DNA of 64,000 nucleotides. It comes from Alloascoidea hylecoeti (taxonomy: Eukaryota). The notes under the pieces are model-generated. The model was not told the DNA's origin. It ran no database searches and saw nothing but the letters and a program-made list of their open reading frames with translations. Made by a program: the position numbers and the translations under genes. Below, in pieces: positions 14,279-28,674 of the stretch. The stretch is from the NCBI GenBank assembly GCA_001600815.1, contig BCKZ01000011.1, forward strand, positions 475,622 through 539,621. Reading direction: 5' to 3'. The number at the start of each line of letters is the position of its first letter. Position 1 is the stretch's first letter.

Positions 14279-14413
14279 AAAAATTTTTTCATAGTATGGG
14301 ATGAGATATGTAAGCGGTGAGTAATCATTAAGTAGTTCTGAAATGTACGCGTTTGAGTCAAAATGGTCAGTATAATTGAGAATGACTAACTTTTTTGTTT
14401 TTTCGTTACCCGG
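14279..14413 (-). promoter_or_regulatory. Ribosome-biogenesis promoter elements of NOG1 (RRPE, PAC-like, Reb1-type site)
   Basis: TGAAAAAATTTTT on the minus strand (14279-14291), GATGAG (14300-14305) and TTACCCGG (14406-14413). Confidence 0.7.
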
Positions 14414-17400
14414 ACATTTGACTCTAAGTAACTGGAAGATTTAGCGCCATGGTCTTATTGACAAATTGGATAAAATATTGGCGAATATAAAAGGTTGTCT
14501 TTTATTGTTATGAGATATTAGAGCTGGATTATCAGACTTTTATAGTTGGCTGACAGAAAAAAGATAATTGGTTATTTACAACAACTACTTCAGGCTAATA
14601 AAATATCTTTTCTGCAACTAATCATATGATTAAATCTTTTGTGAATAATTCTGACTTCCTTGGTATACCAAATTCCAATTTTTCAGCTCAACTAACTGTT
14701 CATACCCAACAATCTAATTTATCACCGTAAATGAATATTAAAATACAAATAACGATACATCAATAACACTTTTTCGTATTTTCTGTGGCTTATGACATCA
14801 CTGTAGATATTGTGAAGGCCATTTATACATGTATATATTGACCAGTTAGATGGAGATCTTTAATTTAGTATGTGCAGACCTGCTTGTCCAACGAATTACG
14901 GTCTTGTTAAAAGAAATCCCAATCAAGAATCAACCTTCTGAAGCTACAGATCTTTATATTTGTAAATATGAATATAAATGTTCAGCATCAATATGTATAC
15001 TGTCTATAATAAGGCATCCATTACTCCCTAACTATAGCTATGTATACCTAATAAAAACATGTATTAAGCCTGGTAACCAAACAAGAAGTTACATAGTTAA
15101 TATAAGATTATGGCTGAGCTCGCGGGTAGCATACCCTATAATCCTTCAAAACCTCCGCTATTATAAGTAGTTAATTTTTATTAATATAATGTTAGTTTAT
15201 GGTATAAAATATTAAAAAACATGTAAGTAGTTATACCAAAAAGTCGCATAACCTCTTATCGACTGTTTAAGACAGCTGCACAACCAACATATTGAACATA
15301 GATTATTCATCCATATCAGTACACGTTCGATCTTGCAATGAACCATTCATTTCTAATTATAATTACAGGGTGTTTCACCCCATAAATAGCTACCTAGTTA
15401 TGGATGAATAATTTAAGCTTAAGATTATAATTAATTATGCCCAGGATACTACAGATAGCTATGGTTAAAGAAGTATATGACCTTAAATTATATGCTTAAT
15501 GGACCATCTGAGAATGATGTCAACTTTTCAAGCCTATTTGATCTCAACAAAAGTGTTTCTATTTAGAAATATGTATCCTGACTTTTTAAATTACATTTCA
15601 CTATAGCAATTCTTCAGTAATTCTTCTAACTCAAGATAGAATAGAGCACGATCGAGGTTTTATTTGCATGTTTATGTAATTTGAATGTTTCCTTTGGGTC
15701 TTCATTATTGTTGGTATTGAGTTTATTTCTCTTCAAAATTGAGCTTAATTTATATAACTAAAACCAATCTCAATTTCAATTAAAATTATGATATTAATTA
15801 CAATACAATAAATTAATATTTCTATATATAGATAGATATAGGTAATTCCAATTACTATCAAGATATGCATAATCATAACTATAAGCTTGCAAAAAATTAA
15901 GCTTATAATTTTTTTTTCACAGTTGCAACTACTTATTCTAAACATAAGGTTTCAATTGACTTTGTATCTAAACTATGACAATATACTGATATCTATAAGT
16001 AAAGAATGGAATTATTATGTTTCTAATATTAATCTTCAATAATGGTACGTACTAGTGGATGCTGCTTTTTGTTAAATTGATATGGAGTTTAAAACTATAT
16101 TCTTTAAATTTTTCTGTAACGTTGTAGGCGGATTCAATTAATATTGTATAAATTTAATATTTCATAATTGAATAAGCGCATATATACTATTATATAGTAA
16201 CATTAACTCTCTGAGATTCATTATTTCTTTTTAATATTTATAAACATCATTGGGCATATGTCTTAATTATTAAATTAAACTTGATATTTATTAAACTTGA
16301 TATTTATTAAACTCGTAATTAAGAATCATTTGACTGGCTTGTTTAATATTTCAATATCAAATACAAGTATATGTATAAGTTTGAGACCTCGATGGTGCAA
16401 CTGCTCTTTTTCCTCTATAAACATCAGAATTTCAAACGTATCCAATATTTTATAAATTTGGATGTATGCTATAATGTTGTAATTTAGATCTATAGATCTG
16501 TGTGGTACCTAATTATAAAATTATGTAGGAACATGCACATGTGTGTTGGAAAGCGGCTGCGACTGCAGTGGACCGATTGTAAGTAATTATAATCCATTTC
16601 TTCATCTTAGTTTTCTACCATTTGTAATTATTGAAAGCACTGTGAAAGTGAAAGTAGTTATGACTAAGATGTGGGAACCTTTCTAAATATAGATATAAGT
16701 ATAAGCTGAGGAAAGTCTAGGAACTGATTTCTTTTTGTTGAAAAACTGTATCATTTGGATATAAAGCTGGAGCTCATACAAGTTGAACTCTAGAATATTC
16801 TAAGGAGTTAGAGCTGAATGTCTATAAATTTCAAATGACGTAAACGTTAATATCAATAGGATCAATTTTAGACTGTCTTAATGACTAGATTTGCTTTTTT
16901 CTTCCATTATCAAAGCATTCTTTCGCACCTTCCACCTAATTGGAATTGATAATCATCGGATCGGGTGACGACTTTATGTTGTCCATATAAACATATAAAT
17001 GTTACAGTTAACTCCCTCCCTTATACAGTATCTTGATACTATACCGGTGCATGTGTTCTAGATTAAATATGCTTACTACATATAGCTTTTTGTATATGGT
17101 GTAAATATAGAGAAGTCTTATAGAAGCGCTTAAGCTTATTCCTAGGGTTTCTTTCAACTGAACCAGTTTCTATATGATTGTAAATATTAGGCTTAAGGTG
17201 TTACCCATATTTATGTTGTATATACATGTATAGCTTTAATTGTAAATCTCCTTACGTTAGCTAGTTAAAACAGCCTTATAATAGAACAATCAGGTGAAAC
17301 CCAACATCAAACTAAATTGGTGAAGTGATGAAAAGTTTAAACTATCATCTCAACCACAATTACAATATATTATGACCATGGTTATTATATGGAAAGAAAG

Positions 17401-20400
17401 AAACTGGCGTTACTTACATCATTCACTGCCGACCTTTGTCCGAATTTAATCCATAGAAAAATTAGTATAAAAGGTATGCTGATATATAAACTGCTAGCTA
17501 TAGTGGCAACTTTAATACACTTTAATAATTAGATTGAAAATATAAAAATATTGCTAAAACTGCAATTATGCCTATTTTCATATAATTTCCGAGTGAACAC
17601 TCATTCTGTATATAATAGTTTGGTATATTAATATCTATCTTATATACGTAAATATGAAATCTGATGTTGTATCAGTAACTAGGTGTGATATAAACATCGA
17701 TTAATAATGCCAGTTTAAATTAATTTGAATGCACGAATTAATATAACTAATCTTTTAAGATATCGACAACTTCCATATTGATATATTTATTATGTACTTC
17801 AAGTAACAGAGTAACTTATTCATAGACTACTATTCCAACATATAACTAGATGTAGTATTATTGGTAGGCCTATATCTAAAGAAAATGAATCACTTTAAAT
17901 CCCTGAAATTGCTTATATTATAATATAGAATCCAGTAATTAATATTGATCATGATCAATTGAACGTTATAATGATTATTATTTTATTGCGTATATAGTTA
18001 TAGCCTTATAGGTAATACTTATATTTTGATAACTTATGGTATTAATTAGCATGGTATACAGCTATTATCAATATATTTATAAGCCAAAGTGCTATTATTC
18101 TAGTTATAGTTCCATGGAAAGATTTCTCTCTGGGTCTATGAAGATTGCAACATTAATGAGCTCGAGATAAGCTGAGTTAAAGCTATTTATCAATATTTAT
18201 ATACATGTGAATACATCAAGAATGATACTGTCATATAGAAAACCTGCAGCTGAACGAATATAGAAATGCGTGGAAGTACTTTGGAGTTCTAGTGCTATCA
18301 AAAATTGATAACCGGATAGCTGGAAATCCTGGGATATATTTAAGAATCTGCAACTGTAGTTGAAAGTAAGTGTATTGAGTTCAAATGGCCCTACTATTTA
18401 CACATACCTAGATATAGAAATAAGGTTAACAAAAAATCAAATTCTGTCTATAATTATAAGTAAGCTATGTATTCTTGCTGCATTCGGTGCATAATAATTA
18501 TTTACATACAATATAATATTAAGTACGATAGAGGGAAAAAATTTTAAAAGAGTAAAGAGTATCGAAAATCCTTCATTTTATTTTGTTTTTCCTTTCTTTT
18601 CTAAAATGTAGAAAACATAGAATTCGATTATTAAAATTATGGCAACTGAATTTGAGATGAAGTCATAATGATTTATAAAAAATTATGAGTAAAATTATAT
18701 AAGAATTGAAAAAAATGTGCTTAATTAGTAAATTGTAAGATTTAATTAAGCTATGTAGATATATTACACTACAATTGCTTAATTGTGAATTTAAAACAAA
18801 AGATCAATAGTAATTTATTATCATTAAGATGATTTATATTTACTTAAAAGTTTTCTTAAATATGGTCTTTATAACAAAGTTCTTTATATGATCAGATCGT
18901 ATATAAACCAAATTTAAAAGTTAGTACTAATTCTAATTGAAACTTTTTTTAAAAATGTGATTAAGATCTAGAAGTTATAAATTTATATAGTATTGTAAGA
19001 CTCATATAGCTAGTTAATCTCAAAAGTACTAGTAACTCGTCCCGAGATCTCAATCGACTGCAAATTTTTGTAAATATAGAAGAATGTTAGCCAAACACGT
19101 GCCCACGTGCACAAAAACTTACATACCATTTATAACCGTTATATATTCTTAGTTTCTTACTTCAACTCATTGCACTTGTAGTTAAGGAATGAGTTTATAA
19201 TGCATGTAATTATGGGGCTAATAGATAAAAGAATTAGCCGCATGTTGCGATTAGTAATTATTTATTAACTATTGCAATATAATTATTAGATAATATGCTA
19301 AAATACGATATAATTTTGTAATTGTTTTCACCAAATCTACAAAAGAATCTGGAAAGTGAATTGACAGAAAAGGTAACACGATATGTAGATCCGGAATTCC
19401 GCTTAACCGGCCAATTACATTCATTTAGGTCTCAAACTTCAACGGTTATTTTGTATAAAATAATAAAATAATCAGATATCGATTGATGAGTATGTTCTTA
19501 AAGAAATATGTGATAATAGTGATAAGAATGTACATGATGTGTTTTCTTGAAGTCTAATATAATTAGATATATAATTTTATTAAGGAGGGGAATATTTAAA
19601 ATTTGCGAGTTTTTTTTTTTTCTCATTCTCTTTTTATCGATTTTGTGTAGAGGACGATATAATATATTTTTTGTATTTTGAAGTCCTTGACCCTGTTAGT
19701 ATGTTTCTTACTTGATTTGGCACTTTGATATCTCATTTTGAGAAATTTAAGGACTGAATATTTTCTTAATGGAGATGGATGCATGATTTAATTATTTATA
19801 TAAATAAAGCGCTAATAGCAGCTGTATTCAGCTGATACATGCTGAAACTGACAGGCTTCTTTTCTAACAAACAGCTTATTAAGCAAACAATATAATTAAA
19901 AATTAAATTATAAGTCCGATCGGAGAAAACATCCAATCATAGATGTAATATATATCATGAGATAGATGGGGTGATAGAAAAATATCATTTTTCAAAACCG
20001 TTTTTTTTCTATCTAAAGCTTGCAATTGTAATTGATTATAGCTTAAGCCTGCATTCCTTTTTAAAATCAGTGATTTATTTTTCATAATTTAAACAGAAAT
20101 TCAAATTGGATCAAAATTGAACTAAAGCATAATTCGGAATTTCCCTCTTTATGTAACTAATGATATCCTGGCCCAAGGGTGATTTGTAATTATATAATTG
20201 GTCCTTAAATTTCAATATATTACATCCACTGTGGAGTCTAATCGAAACTATGAATGCAAGAAAAGCGTTATCAAAAGGCCACTATATAATTAAAGAAACT
20301 CCGCATAGTTTTTTGCAATTGATAAATTTATAAGAACTAGTATGCAAGGTCTCCCTCATCGATATGCATACACTAATACATATGCATTAGAGCTTTGGAG

Positions 20401-22359
20401 GGGTTCAAAAGTGTACAAAATGCGTAGAAATGTTCAACTTTTAACCAATTTAAGATAATTCCGGTATATAACTTATACAAATACCCCATAGTTTCCAAAG
20501 AGCTGGTCTAGACTCTAGACCAATTAAACCATTACTAAAAGCTCGTAAACATTCGGAGATATCTATTCATATGGAAGAAATATACATAAATCTCTAATAA
20601 TTTACAACTGTGACCTGGTGTCAAGATCCAGATCTAGATTGATATCTCACTGTTTGAATATTTATATGTAGCTGAAGAAAAAGAGGAAAAACTATGATGG
20701 ATAAAAAAAAGTTCAGAGTTTTGTGGTGGGAGGTCATAATTAATTAGAACCAAGTATTGAATCTGCATCTCAATCTGATTTCTGGTATTTGAATTTGTAA
20801 AGCAGAAGCTTTTAGATATATTAGGATACTTGATACTGGAAATATAGTTGTATTCGGTTGATAGTCATCATCTGGTTTGATTACTAACAGCGGCTATTTA
20901 TATATTCACCGAAACAGCTTCAGTTACAAGATGAGTTAGCTTGATTTAATTTGTATCCAAAAATTGCTCAATATTAATACACTGTATCAGCATGTCTGTG
21001 AAGGTCTCAAATATGTTCCAAATTTTGTATTATATGTGGACTTCCTATATAACCTATTGTACCTATTAATTTAGTACCAAACCCTCCGCCACCTTATTCT
21101 TAATTAAACGTCTGTTTAGGCCTAGCCATTAGATGGTGCCATCCTCCAGGTGAATAATAAGCAGCATGTTCAAACGTTGTGACAAATAAATGAACAATGG
21201 AATATGAATGAGAGTGTTGTTTCAAATATGTATTTCCATGACTAAGTCCTATATATATGATAGTATAAATCATTTTACGTCCAACTTCCATCTTTTATAA
21301 GTCAAATTAAAATATTCGTATATAACGCTTAAGAAATATATTGTTATTTATGTTTATATTAGTCCTAGAATAAATTAAGGTTACAAATATACTTATTATA
21401 TGCGCGCTTAGGCGTACATATGCATATAAGAACATCCATCTATTGGACGTAGTGATGCATGTAGAAGACTCGTACTTTATGTTCCTTTCAAAATATGTAA
21501 TAATAAAGCCTCTTTAGGTAATGACTCTATACGATAGATATAAAATTGAATTCCCAGTGCAAAATACAATGCTAAGTGACCATTTTATATGGATAGCTGA
21601 AATTTCAATAGTGGTATAATACTGTAGCTGGATGTTTACCATAACTCTTACTGGTTGATATTTTATAGCTATAGTAATATCCAAAGTAAGGGATTGTTTT
21701 TAACTTGTGATTTTATGATTGTAATTTGACTCCCAATAATCCGAAAGATTAATACCAACTAATATCAACCTTTCCATGACCAAACAATATACCAGAAGAT
21801 CAGATGATAAGTAGTAGTTTCTGATCTGTGCCACCGCCGGTTGTTGTGATAGTGTTATTATTTATATATAATTCAACTCTTCACACGAGAAGATAACAGA
21901 CTTAAATATAGCTTTCATAGCGAGTTAGGTGTAGTTGAGCTTATTGCATACTACATACTTACAGGAGGTTAACGGCATATGTGCATATGCATGCTTCAGG
22001 ATATATCTACATTTATTAATATTTACAATTGTACGAAACAGGGAAATAGTTATTATAAAATTCTAAAACAATTATAATTAATTATTTTTACTCGATTATA
22101 AATTTTAATAAAAAGGTCACAAAAAGGTCCATGTCCAAACTTTAAAGTACTTTATAAGAAATTGTTTTTGTCCTTTCTCCTAAACTGCTCTTTTTCCTTT
22201 CTAAACCTCCTATTTTGACTTCTTCAACATCTAAAACGTCTCATCACTTTGCTATTTATATCTATAATCTATTAGGCATAACTATAAATTATATTTATAA
22301 ATCCTCTCTTGCTTCTTAAAGGATCAAATAATAAAGATACTAAAAAAATCTTCAAAAAT

Positions 22360-24126
22360 ATGAACACTAGTCCACTTCTCCACTCAAGTTCTAGTTCACA
22401 GTTCAGTTTCGATATAGTATCTCCTTCTACAGAATCAAATATTTCTTCAGGTCTAGATATCCAACAAGATCTCCACTCTGATTCGGAAAGCAATAAGAAC
22501 TTCAACATATCTAATTGGTTTGGGAAGCTTGCCAGTTGCAATAATAACTATTCACTTAGCAGAGTTCCTACCACTACTAATACTCCCACAACAACTCCTG
22601 TCTCGACATATCACAATAATCCAGAATCTCCTTATTTAGAAATCAGTATGTCCTCCCCAAGCATGACTCCTTTATCTACAAATGGCATCTCGCAGTCGTC
22701 GGGTTCCGGGTCGGTCCCGGGTTCCGTTCTTTCGAAGCCACCTGCAGGTATCTTTCACAGATACTTTGATTCGAACGCTCAAACAAATAATGATTATCAA
22801 CCTTCTCCAAATCAGTACGGTCAAGAACATTCACATTCTTACTCAAGTACAAGCATTAGTTCTCTCCAGAGCTCTTTACATCCTGCCCGCTCAATTTCTT
22901 CTTTTTCATCAGCTTCAAGTGATGGAGTTTTACCTTTCACCTCCTATTCAATCGATGATCCAAACATCAGTCCCCCCAATGGTACGGCTGGGTCAGGTAT
23001 AGCTTCAATGGGATTATCTGCGTATCTTGATTCTGGTGCCGATAATGTTTATAAACCAAGAGATCAATCATATGGTCACTCAGTTCATTCATCTATCAGT
23101 GCAGATTTTATTCAAGATCAAGAGGATCTTTCAATTAGTAGCTCATCTCTTTTTGGTTGTTCAAATAATAATCAACTACTGCTTCACAGAAATAGCATCT
23201 CCTATCTTCCAGATTCAAACTCAAACCAACAAAGACGATATTCAACCACAACGACCTCATCATCAACAGCTGCAGCGCGAAGGCAAAGTGTTAGTAATAA
23301 TAACAATGAGTGGTACAATAACAATAATAACAGCAATACTTATTCTTTAAAAAGAGGCCAATTGAATGGCGACATGTTATTTAGTCCAAATTCCGATTTT
23401 AATAACAAAAGAAATTACCATCATGATAATTATATAAAAAGAGACTATGATTCTACTACCAATAATAACAATAACAATAATAACTCCCCTGAAAGTGAAA
23501 GACCAGATGTTTTTTCATTCTCAAGTTTCCATCGACCAAAATTAACTCCAAACAGTATCAGAAGAATTATATCGTTATCACCAGAGCAAAATGTTTCAAG
23601 TAGTGGATTATCAGATTCCAATTCATCATCCATAACACCGACGCCTCGTGACCAATCTCAAGTTCAAAATAATTTATTAATCCATAACCATACCAATAAC
23701 ATTAACAATACTTCATCATCATTATCAGGCAATCCAAACATGGATTTAACTGCATTCCCTGTAAAGAGAACCAAATCTGGTAAAAGACGCGCAAATTGCC
23801 GTAAAAGAAACATATGTCAATATTGTTCAAAAGAATTTAGTAGACCGTCTTCATTACAGACACATATTTATACTCATACAGGTGAAAAACCATTCATTTG
23901 CACTTTTAAAGGTTGTGGAAAGAAATTCTCGGTCAGATCTAACTTAGTTAGGCATATGAAATTACATGAAGCCAAGGCTAAAAAATTAGAAAATCAATTG
24001 CAAAATTCTTCATCAAGTGTTAACGTTGTAACTGTTACAACTACCACTATTGGTTTCCAAAATGATGATAAAGAAAATCATAATTTTGAAGAAGATAATC
24101 ATATTAAAGAAAAAATACAAAGCTAA
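22360..24126 (+). CDS. C2H2 zinc-finger transcription factor, FlbC-like
   Basis: Two C-terminal fingers [51 protein letters not shown]. The RPSSLQTH/FSVxSNL pattern is typical of FlbC-type factors. First ATG at 22360. Confidence 0.85.
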   Translation: MNTSPLLHSSSSSQFSFDIVSPSTESNISSGLDIQQDLHSDSESNKNFNISNWFGKLASCNNNYSLSRVPTTTNTPTTTPVSTYHNNPESPYLEISMSSPSMTPLSTNGISQSSGSGSVPGSVLSKPPAGIFHRYFDSNAQTNNDYQPSPNQYGQEHSHSYSSTSISSLQSSLHPARSISSFSSASSDGVLPFTSYSIDDPNISPPNGTAGSGIASMGLSAYLDSGADNVYKPRDQSYGHSVHSSISADFIQDQEDLSISSSSLFGCSNNNQLLLHRNSISYLPDSNSNQQRRYSTTTTSSSTAAARRQSVSNNNNEWYNNNNNSNTYSLKRGQLNGDMLFSPNSDFNNKRNYHHDNYIKRDYDSTTNNNNNNNNSPESERPDVFSFSSFHRPKLTPNSIRRIISLSPEQNVSSSGLSDSNSSSITPTPRDQSQVQNNLLIHNHTNNINNTSSSLSGNPNMDLTAFPVKRTKSGKRRANCRKRNICQYCSKEFSRPSSLQTHIYTHTGEKPFICTFKGCGKKFSVRSNLVRHMKLHEAKAKKLENQLQNSSSSVNVVTVTTTTIGFQNDDKENHNFEEDNHIKEKIQS

Positions 24127-26544
24127 TTATTATTATATTATAATGTATTTTGAAATTGAACTTCCTTCTTTTTTGATTTTTTATTTATAAATTATATATA
24201 TGAAGAAATATATTTATTTTTTGTTTCTTCTCTTAAGCTTATGTCTTAACTTATTTCTCAATGCAATGAATGTATGGTATATTATCTCTTTACCTATTAC
24301 AAGGTTTCTCTTTTCTTTTAATTTTTTTTTTTTTTTTGGCCCTCGGTTAAAATTTCCTTCCTTTTGTTGTTCAATCTGATTGATTTTATTTGATTTTGTC
24401 ACTTTGTGCACTTATATATAGAAACATTGTATACTTTAAAATTACTATTATTATCATTATTATTATTATTCCCCACTTATGATCAATCAGTAGATATCTC
24501 ATAAGTTGCATGATATCTTGATTTACATATATAACGATTAATCAAGATCAAGATCATAGCGTTTTAATTCTAATTGGAGCTCAAGATCAAAAAAAATAGA
24601 TAAAACAAATAAGTTTAAAATCAGATGTAGTAGTTTTGTGATATATGGTGACTCTGAGGTGTAGAATTATGTAGCTACAGTGCTTTGTAGTCAAATCTTA
24701 ATAAATATGTATGGCTTATAAACCTGGACTTGGGTATCTCTGGATCTTTCTATTTATCTTGAGATTTCCGAAGTACTAGGCCTAGGGATTATAATTGGGA
24801 GCAACTTATAATTATGGTATCGATAATAATAATGGTACGTTATAAATTATAATACTACAGCTGGTTAATTTTAGGAGAATATTTAATACGTAATTTTTTA
24901 AGAAAGAATTCACCCTTTAAATCTGAACTCGATTCTAGATCTGAATTGATAGTGTGTGGCTAGCTGTCCTATAATACATTATTACAGCTCAGGGTCGGTT
25001 TTAATTAGCGACTCCAAGATTACTCGATAACCTTAAGATAGGTGAGCTATATTGATATTGATATTGAATTTTATTTTTATTAACTTTTTGAGAGATACAA
25101 AAACGGGTTGCGCTTTATTTAAGGTTTGTCTAAGCTTCTGACCATAGGGAGTCAAATAGTTTATAAAGTGTTTTTATACCAGAAATTGGACAGAAAGAGA
25201 AATATTAAATGTTTGCAAATGAAATATTGATCAATTTTTAATATTGTATGGATCGAAATCATTTATTACAATTAAAATTTAAATTTTGGTTCTGACTCTG
25301 TTGTTTAATTTCTATAATATTTTGTTTGATTTAAAAAGTTAGAATCATAATTATAAGAAGAATATGTATTAAATCTGGGTAACTAAACTGGTGCCAGTAG
25401 TTCTCCTAGTATCTTTATGAGCATATCCCACACAAGTGGTAGCCCAAAACAGTTTATCTTTAACTGTAGATCTGCCATATATATATGGAATTTATTTAAT
25501 CAATATTATTTCACTATAGAACAATGTGTAAAGGTAAAATATTATTATATATACTTATTATTAATTATAACTGCTATGATTATAAGGGGTAAATCAAGAT
25601 GTGTATTTTATTCATCTCTTAGCGCTATAGTACTCTTTTATCGATATCCATATTAATTTCAATTACAATATTATTATTATTTAACAATTCCAATTGACAA
25701 CGCAACATTAACGTTATAATTATACGTTAATACTACATGTATTGTAAAATTAATATAATCAGAATTATCATAATGGTTAGGTACTGATATACAGTCATTC
25801 AACTTAATTTCGGTCATATGATAACTACCTATTGGACCATACTGCTTAATAATTTTCGCCTTCCCCACTGAAACTAATCTCCAATAGCCTTCCATCCGGG
25901 ATGGCTGGAGGCTTCTGAGAAGTCGTGGAAGCTGGTTATAGAAAGCTTTCTAGTGGGTTATAGATGAATACCTTTCTGGAAATTGATAGGCGTGATCGGG
26001 ATAGCCGATTGTCTTGTCATCTCATTCCCGAATATTTAGTCTACGACATGGGCTAAATTAAGTGGAATCTCTGTATTTTTATTTAACTAGAGCATTAATT
26101 ATTGATTAATCAATTATTAACAATGATTATAATATTTTAAACTCCAAGCATATATAATTGTATATCGAAAATCTTAAACTTTGATTACAATTATTTGCGA
26201 GCTATATCTACAAAAAATAATGAAGGAAGGAATACATAAATGAAAAATATTATAGTCATAAAATATGAAGTGTTTGTATATAAATGTCTTAGTTATTACA
26301 TAAGTTTTAAATATATGATCATCATAATATAAGAAGAAAAAAAAGATAATTTATCTTCAATATATAGCTAAACCCGTAGCATATATATACCATATTTACA
26401 AGGCAATTGAAAAATGCATGAAAAAGGAAAACAAATATGAGGATGTATGTGATGTATAAAAAAAATGAAATCCCACCAAAAATGCAATGAAAAAATCCGA
26501 AATTTAGAAAAGAAAAATGTAGAAAAAGAGTAGAAAATTTTCAC

Positions 26545-28674
26545 TTAAATCTTCCTTTGTTTTTTCTGAGGACAATATTTATAATCAGGATATAAAGCTT
26601 TATGCACTTGTTTTTCTTTATTAGCAAACCTCTTAAACATTTCTTGAACGGATTTATCCTCAGTTTGCCACATTAAACCAATAACTTGTGAAATATTTTG
26701 ATGATTAATTTTTTTATAAACGGAATTATTGGTTGCATTTATAATCGGTTCATGTTTCATCTTCATTGAAGATCTTCTCCTTCTAACAGAAGAAGTGCCC
26801 ATTGAATTACTTAAAGGATTCATTGTAGAATTGGAAATCGAGGAAGAATAATCTTGATTGTGCAGGGCCTTTTGCAGTTCAATTTCTTTCTCTCGTCCTT
26901 CCATATGACCATGCAGAATGGCTTGTGCCAATGTGTAAGCGTTGGCAGCTTGTGTCTGGACTTTTCGATATAACATGAATGAATTTAATGGTCTCTTAAC
27001 ATAATTTGGTCCTTTACTTTTATGTTTTATTGCCCTTTTCTTATAAAATTCCATTAGATCTTGAAAATCAGATCCTTTTCTTTGCTCTTCATTAAGTGAT
27101 GTCTCTCCATGATCACCATCCACTTCATCATCCTTATTATCATTATTTTCATCAATAAAAGAATAGGATGTATCATCAGGATACGAAGTTTTAACTTGAA
27201 TGAATAGTTCACCGTCTTTGACTTTAACACATGTTCTAACTCCAACTTTTTTACAGATCTTTTCTGAATCTTGTTGGTTCATAATTTCTAAAACCGTACT
27301 AACAATGTCTTCTTTAATGGACTTCTCTTTTGCTAATTCTTGAATTTTTTGAATTCTAATGCTATCCATACTTGAAAGTTTTATCCAGCAAAAAGGTTCC
27401 CTAATTGGTAGTTTTGGTATTAATTGTGGAACAGTATTACTTCTTACAATTGTACTGTTATTGAAACCGTTGTTGAATGAGATATCATACTGTTGTTGAT
27501 CATGATAGTTTAAGCCCATAATATCTCCTTGAGATCTTAAAAATATAGTTGGATTTGAGACCGATCTTACTTTGAACCTAGTATCAGCTGCAAGAGGTGA
27601 TGAAAAAGGAACTAAATTGTTATTAAATCCAGAAAAATAAGACTCTGGTAACTGTAATGATCTTAGCATTCCATTATAATCATCACCATCATTAATAACA
27701 CCGTTATAGAAGATGGCACCGTTAGTGCCAGCAGAGTCAAAACTGTTCGGGGTAGTTGGTGTAAGTGGAAAGCCATCTGGTATCGATGTTGTTGATGTTG
27801 AAATGCTGAAATTTTGATTTGATGGTGACTCTGTTTGTGGTGTGCTCCAACTGCATGCGTTATTATAATTAATATTTGCGTGGCTAGAAATGTGGGGTTG
27901 TCCATATGAATTATTACCACTCAAATCCAATTGTAATTGATCGTTATCAGACATCATAAGCGCAGGATCATTCATATTAATTCCAAAATTAGAATTATAG
28001 TTATAATTAGCATCCAATTGCAAGGGGCCAGGGTTAGCAACAATGAAATTACTATTTGCTATAGGACTATTCGGATCATCGTTAGTAAACATTCCTAATC
28101 GATTAATAGGTAAGGGCGAATTAAGACTAGCATTTTCCTCTTTGATATATTGTTGCTTATGCAATTGTAAAGGAACATTTGAAGTTGAAATCATTCCAAT
28201 TGTGTTACCATTGTTAGCATATGTGGAAATATCTTGAATTGGGGAATTTAAAGAGCACATGGATGCATTAGATAAAGGACTATGATAAATTTCCGACATC
28301 TCACTTATTGCACCAACGCTACCGCTATAGCTAGTATTATCTGCATCAGTAGATGAAGGGCAGTGACGGCTATCAGTAATTGCTGTAGGTGTTGCAACTC
28401 GCTGTAATTTAGTACCGAAGTTTGAAAAATTATCAAATATATAATCGGAGTCCAAATCAACATGATTATTTTTATCATTATTAGAAGATGCCATCACATC
28501 GAATGAACGTTTTAAACTTGGTTTTATGCCATCAATGGTGAAGGTGGTGAGATCATTTAATGATCCATATTCTAGGGTCATGGGTCCGCGTGTTCTTGGG
28601 GTCATTCTATTATATTCAGATTGGATATTAGGGTCAGATAACCAGCTTTGAGATGAGATTTCATTAGCATTCAT
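26545..28674 (-). CDS. Sequence-specific (SOX/MATA-type) HMG-box transcription factor
   Basis: KRPLNSFMLYRK ... NHQNISQVIGLMWQTE...FKRFANKEKQVHKALYPDYKYCPQKK at the C-terminus of a 709-aa ORF. Confidence 0.85.
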   Translation of the reverse strand: MNANEISSQSWLSDPNIQSEYNRMTPRTRGPMTLEYGSLNDLTTFTIDGIKPSLKRSFDVMASSNNDKNNHVDLDSDYIFDNFSNFGTKLQRVATPTAITDSRHCPSSTDADNTSYSGSVGAISEMSEIYHSPLSNASMCSLNSPIQDISTYANNGNTIGMISTSNVPLQLHKQQYIKEENASLNSPLPINRLGMFTNDDPNSPIANSNFIVANPGPLQLDANYNYNSNFGINMNDPALMMSDNDQLQLDLSGNNSYGQPHISSHANINYNNACSWSTPQTESPSNQNFSISTSTTSIPDGFPLTPTTPNSFDSAGTNGAIFYNGVINDGDDYNGMLRSLQLPESYFSGFNNNLVPFSSPLAADTRFKVRSVSNPTIFLRSQGDIMGLNYHDQQQYDISFNNGFNNSTIVRSNTVPQLIPKLPIREPFCWIKLSSMDSIRIQKIQELAKEKSIKEDIVSTVLEIMNQQDSEKICKKVGVRTCVKVKDGELFIQVKTSYPDDTSYSFIDENNDNKDDEVDGDHGETSLNEEQRKGSDFQDLMEFYKKRAIKHKSKGPNYVKRPLNSFMLYRKVQTQAANAYTLAQAILHGHMEGREKEIELQKALHNQDYSSSISNSTMNPLSNSMGTSSVRRRRSSMKMKHEPIINATNNSVYKKINHQNISQVIGLMWQTEDKSVQEMFKRFANKEKQVHKALYPDYKYCPQKKQRKI

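Noticed and set aside
16274..16313. 16-bp tandem repeat, 2.5 copies
   Set aside because: Simple slippage duplication with no spacers; not CRISPR-like.
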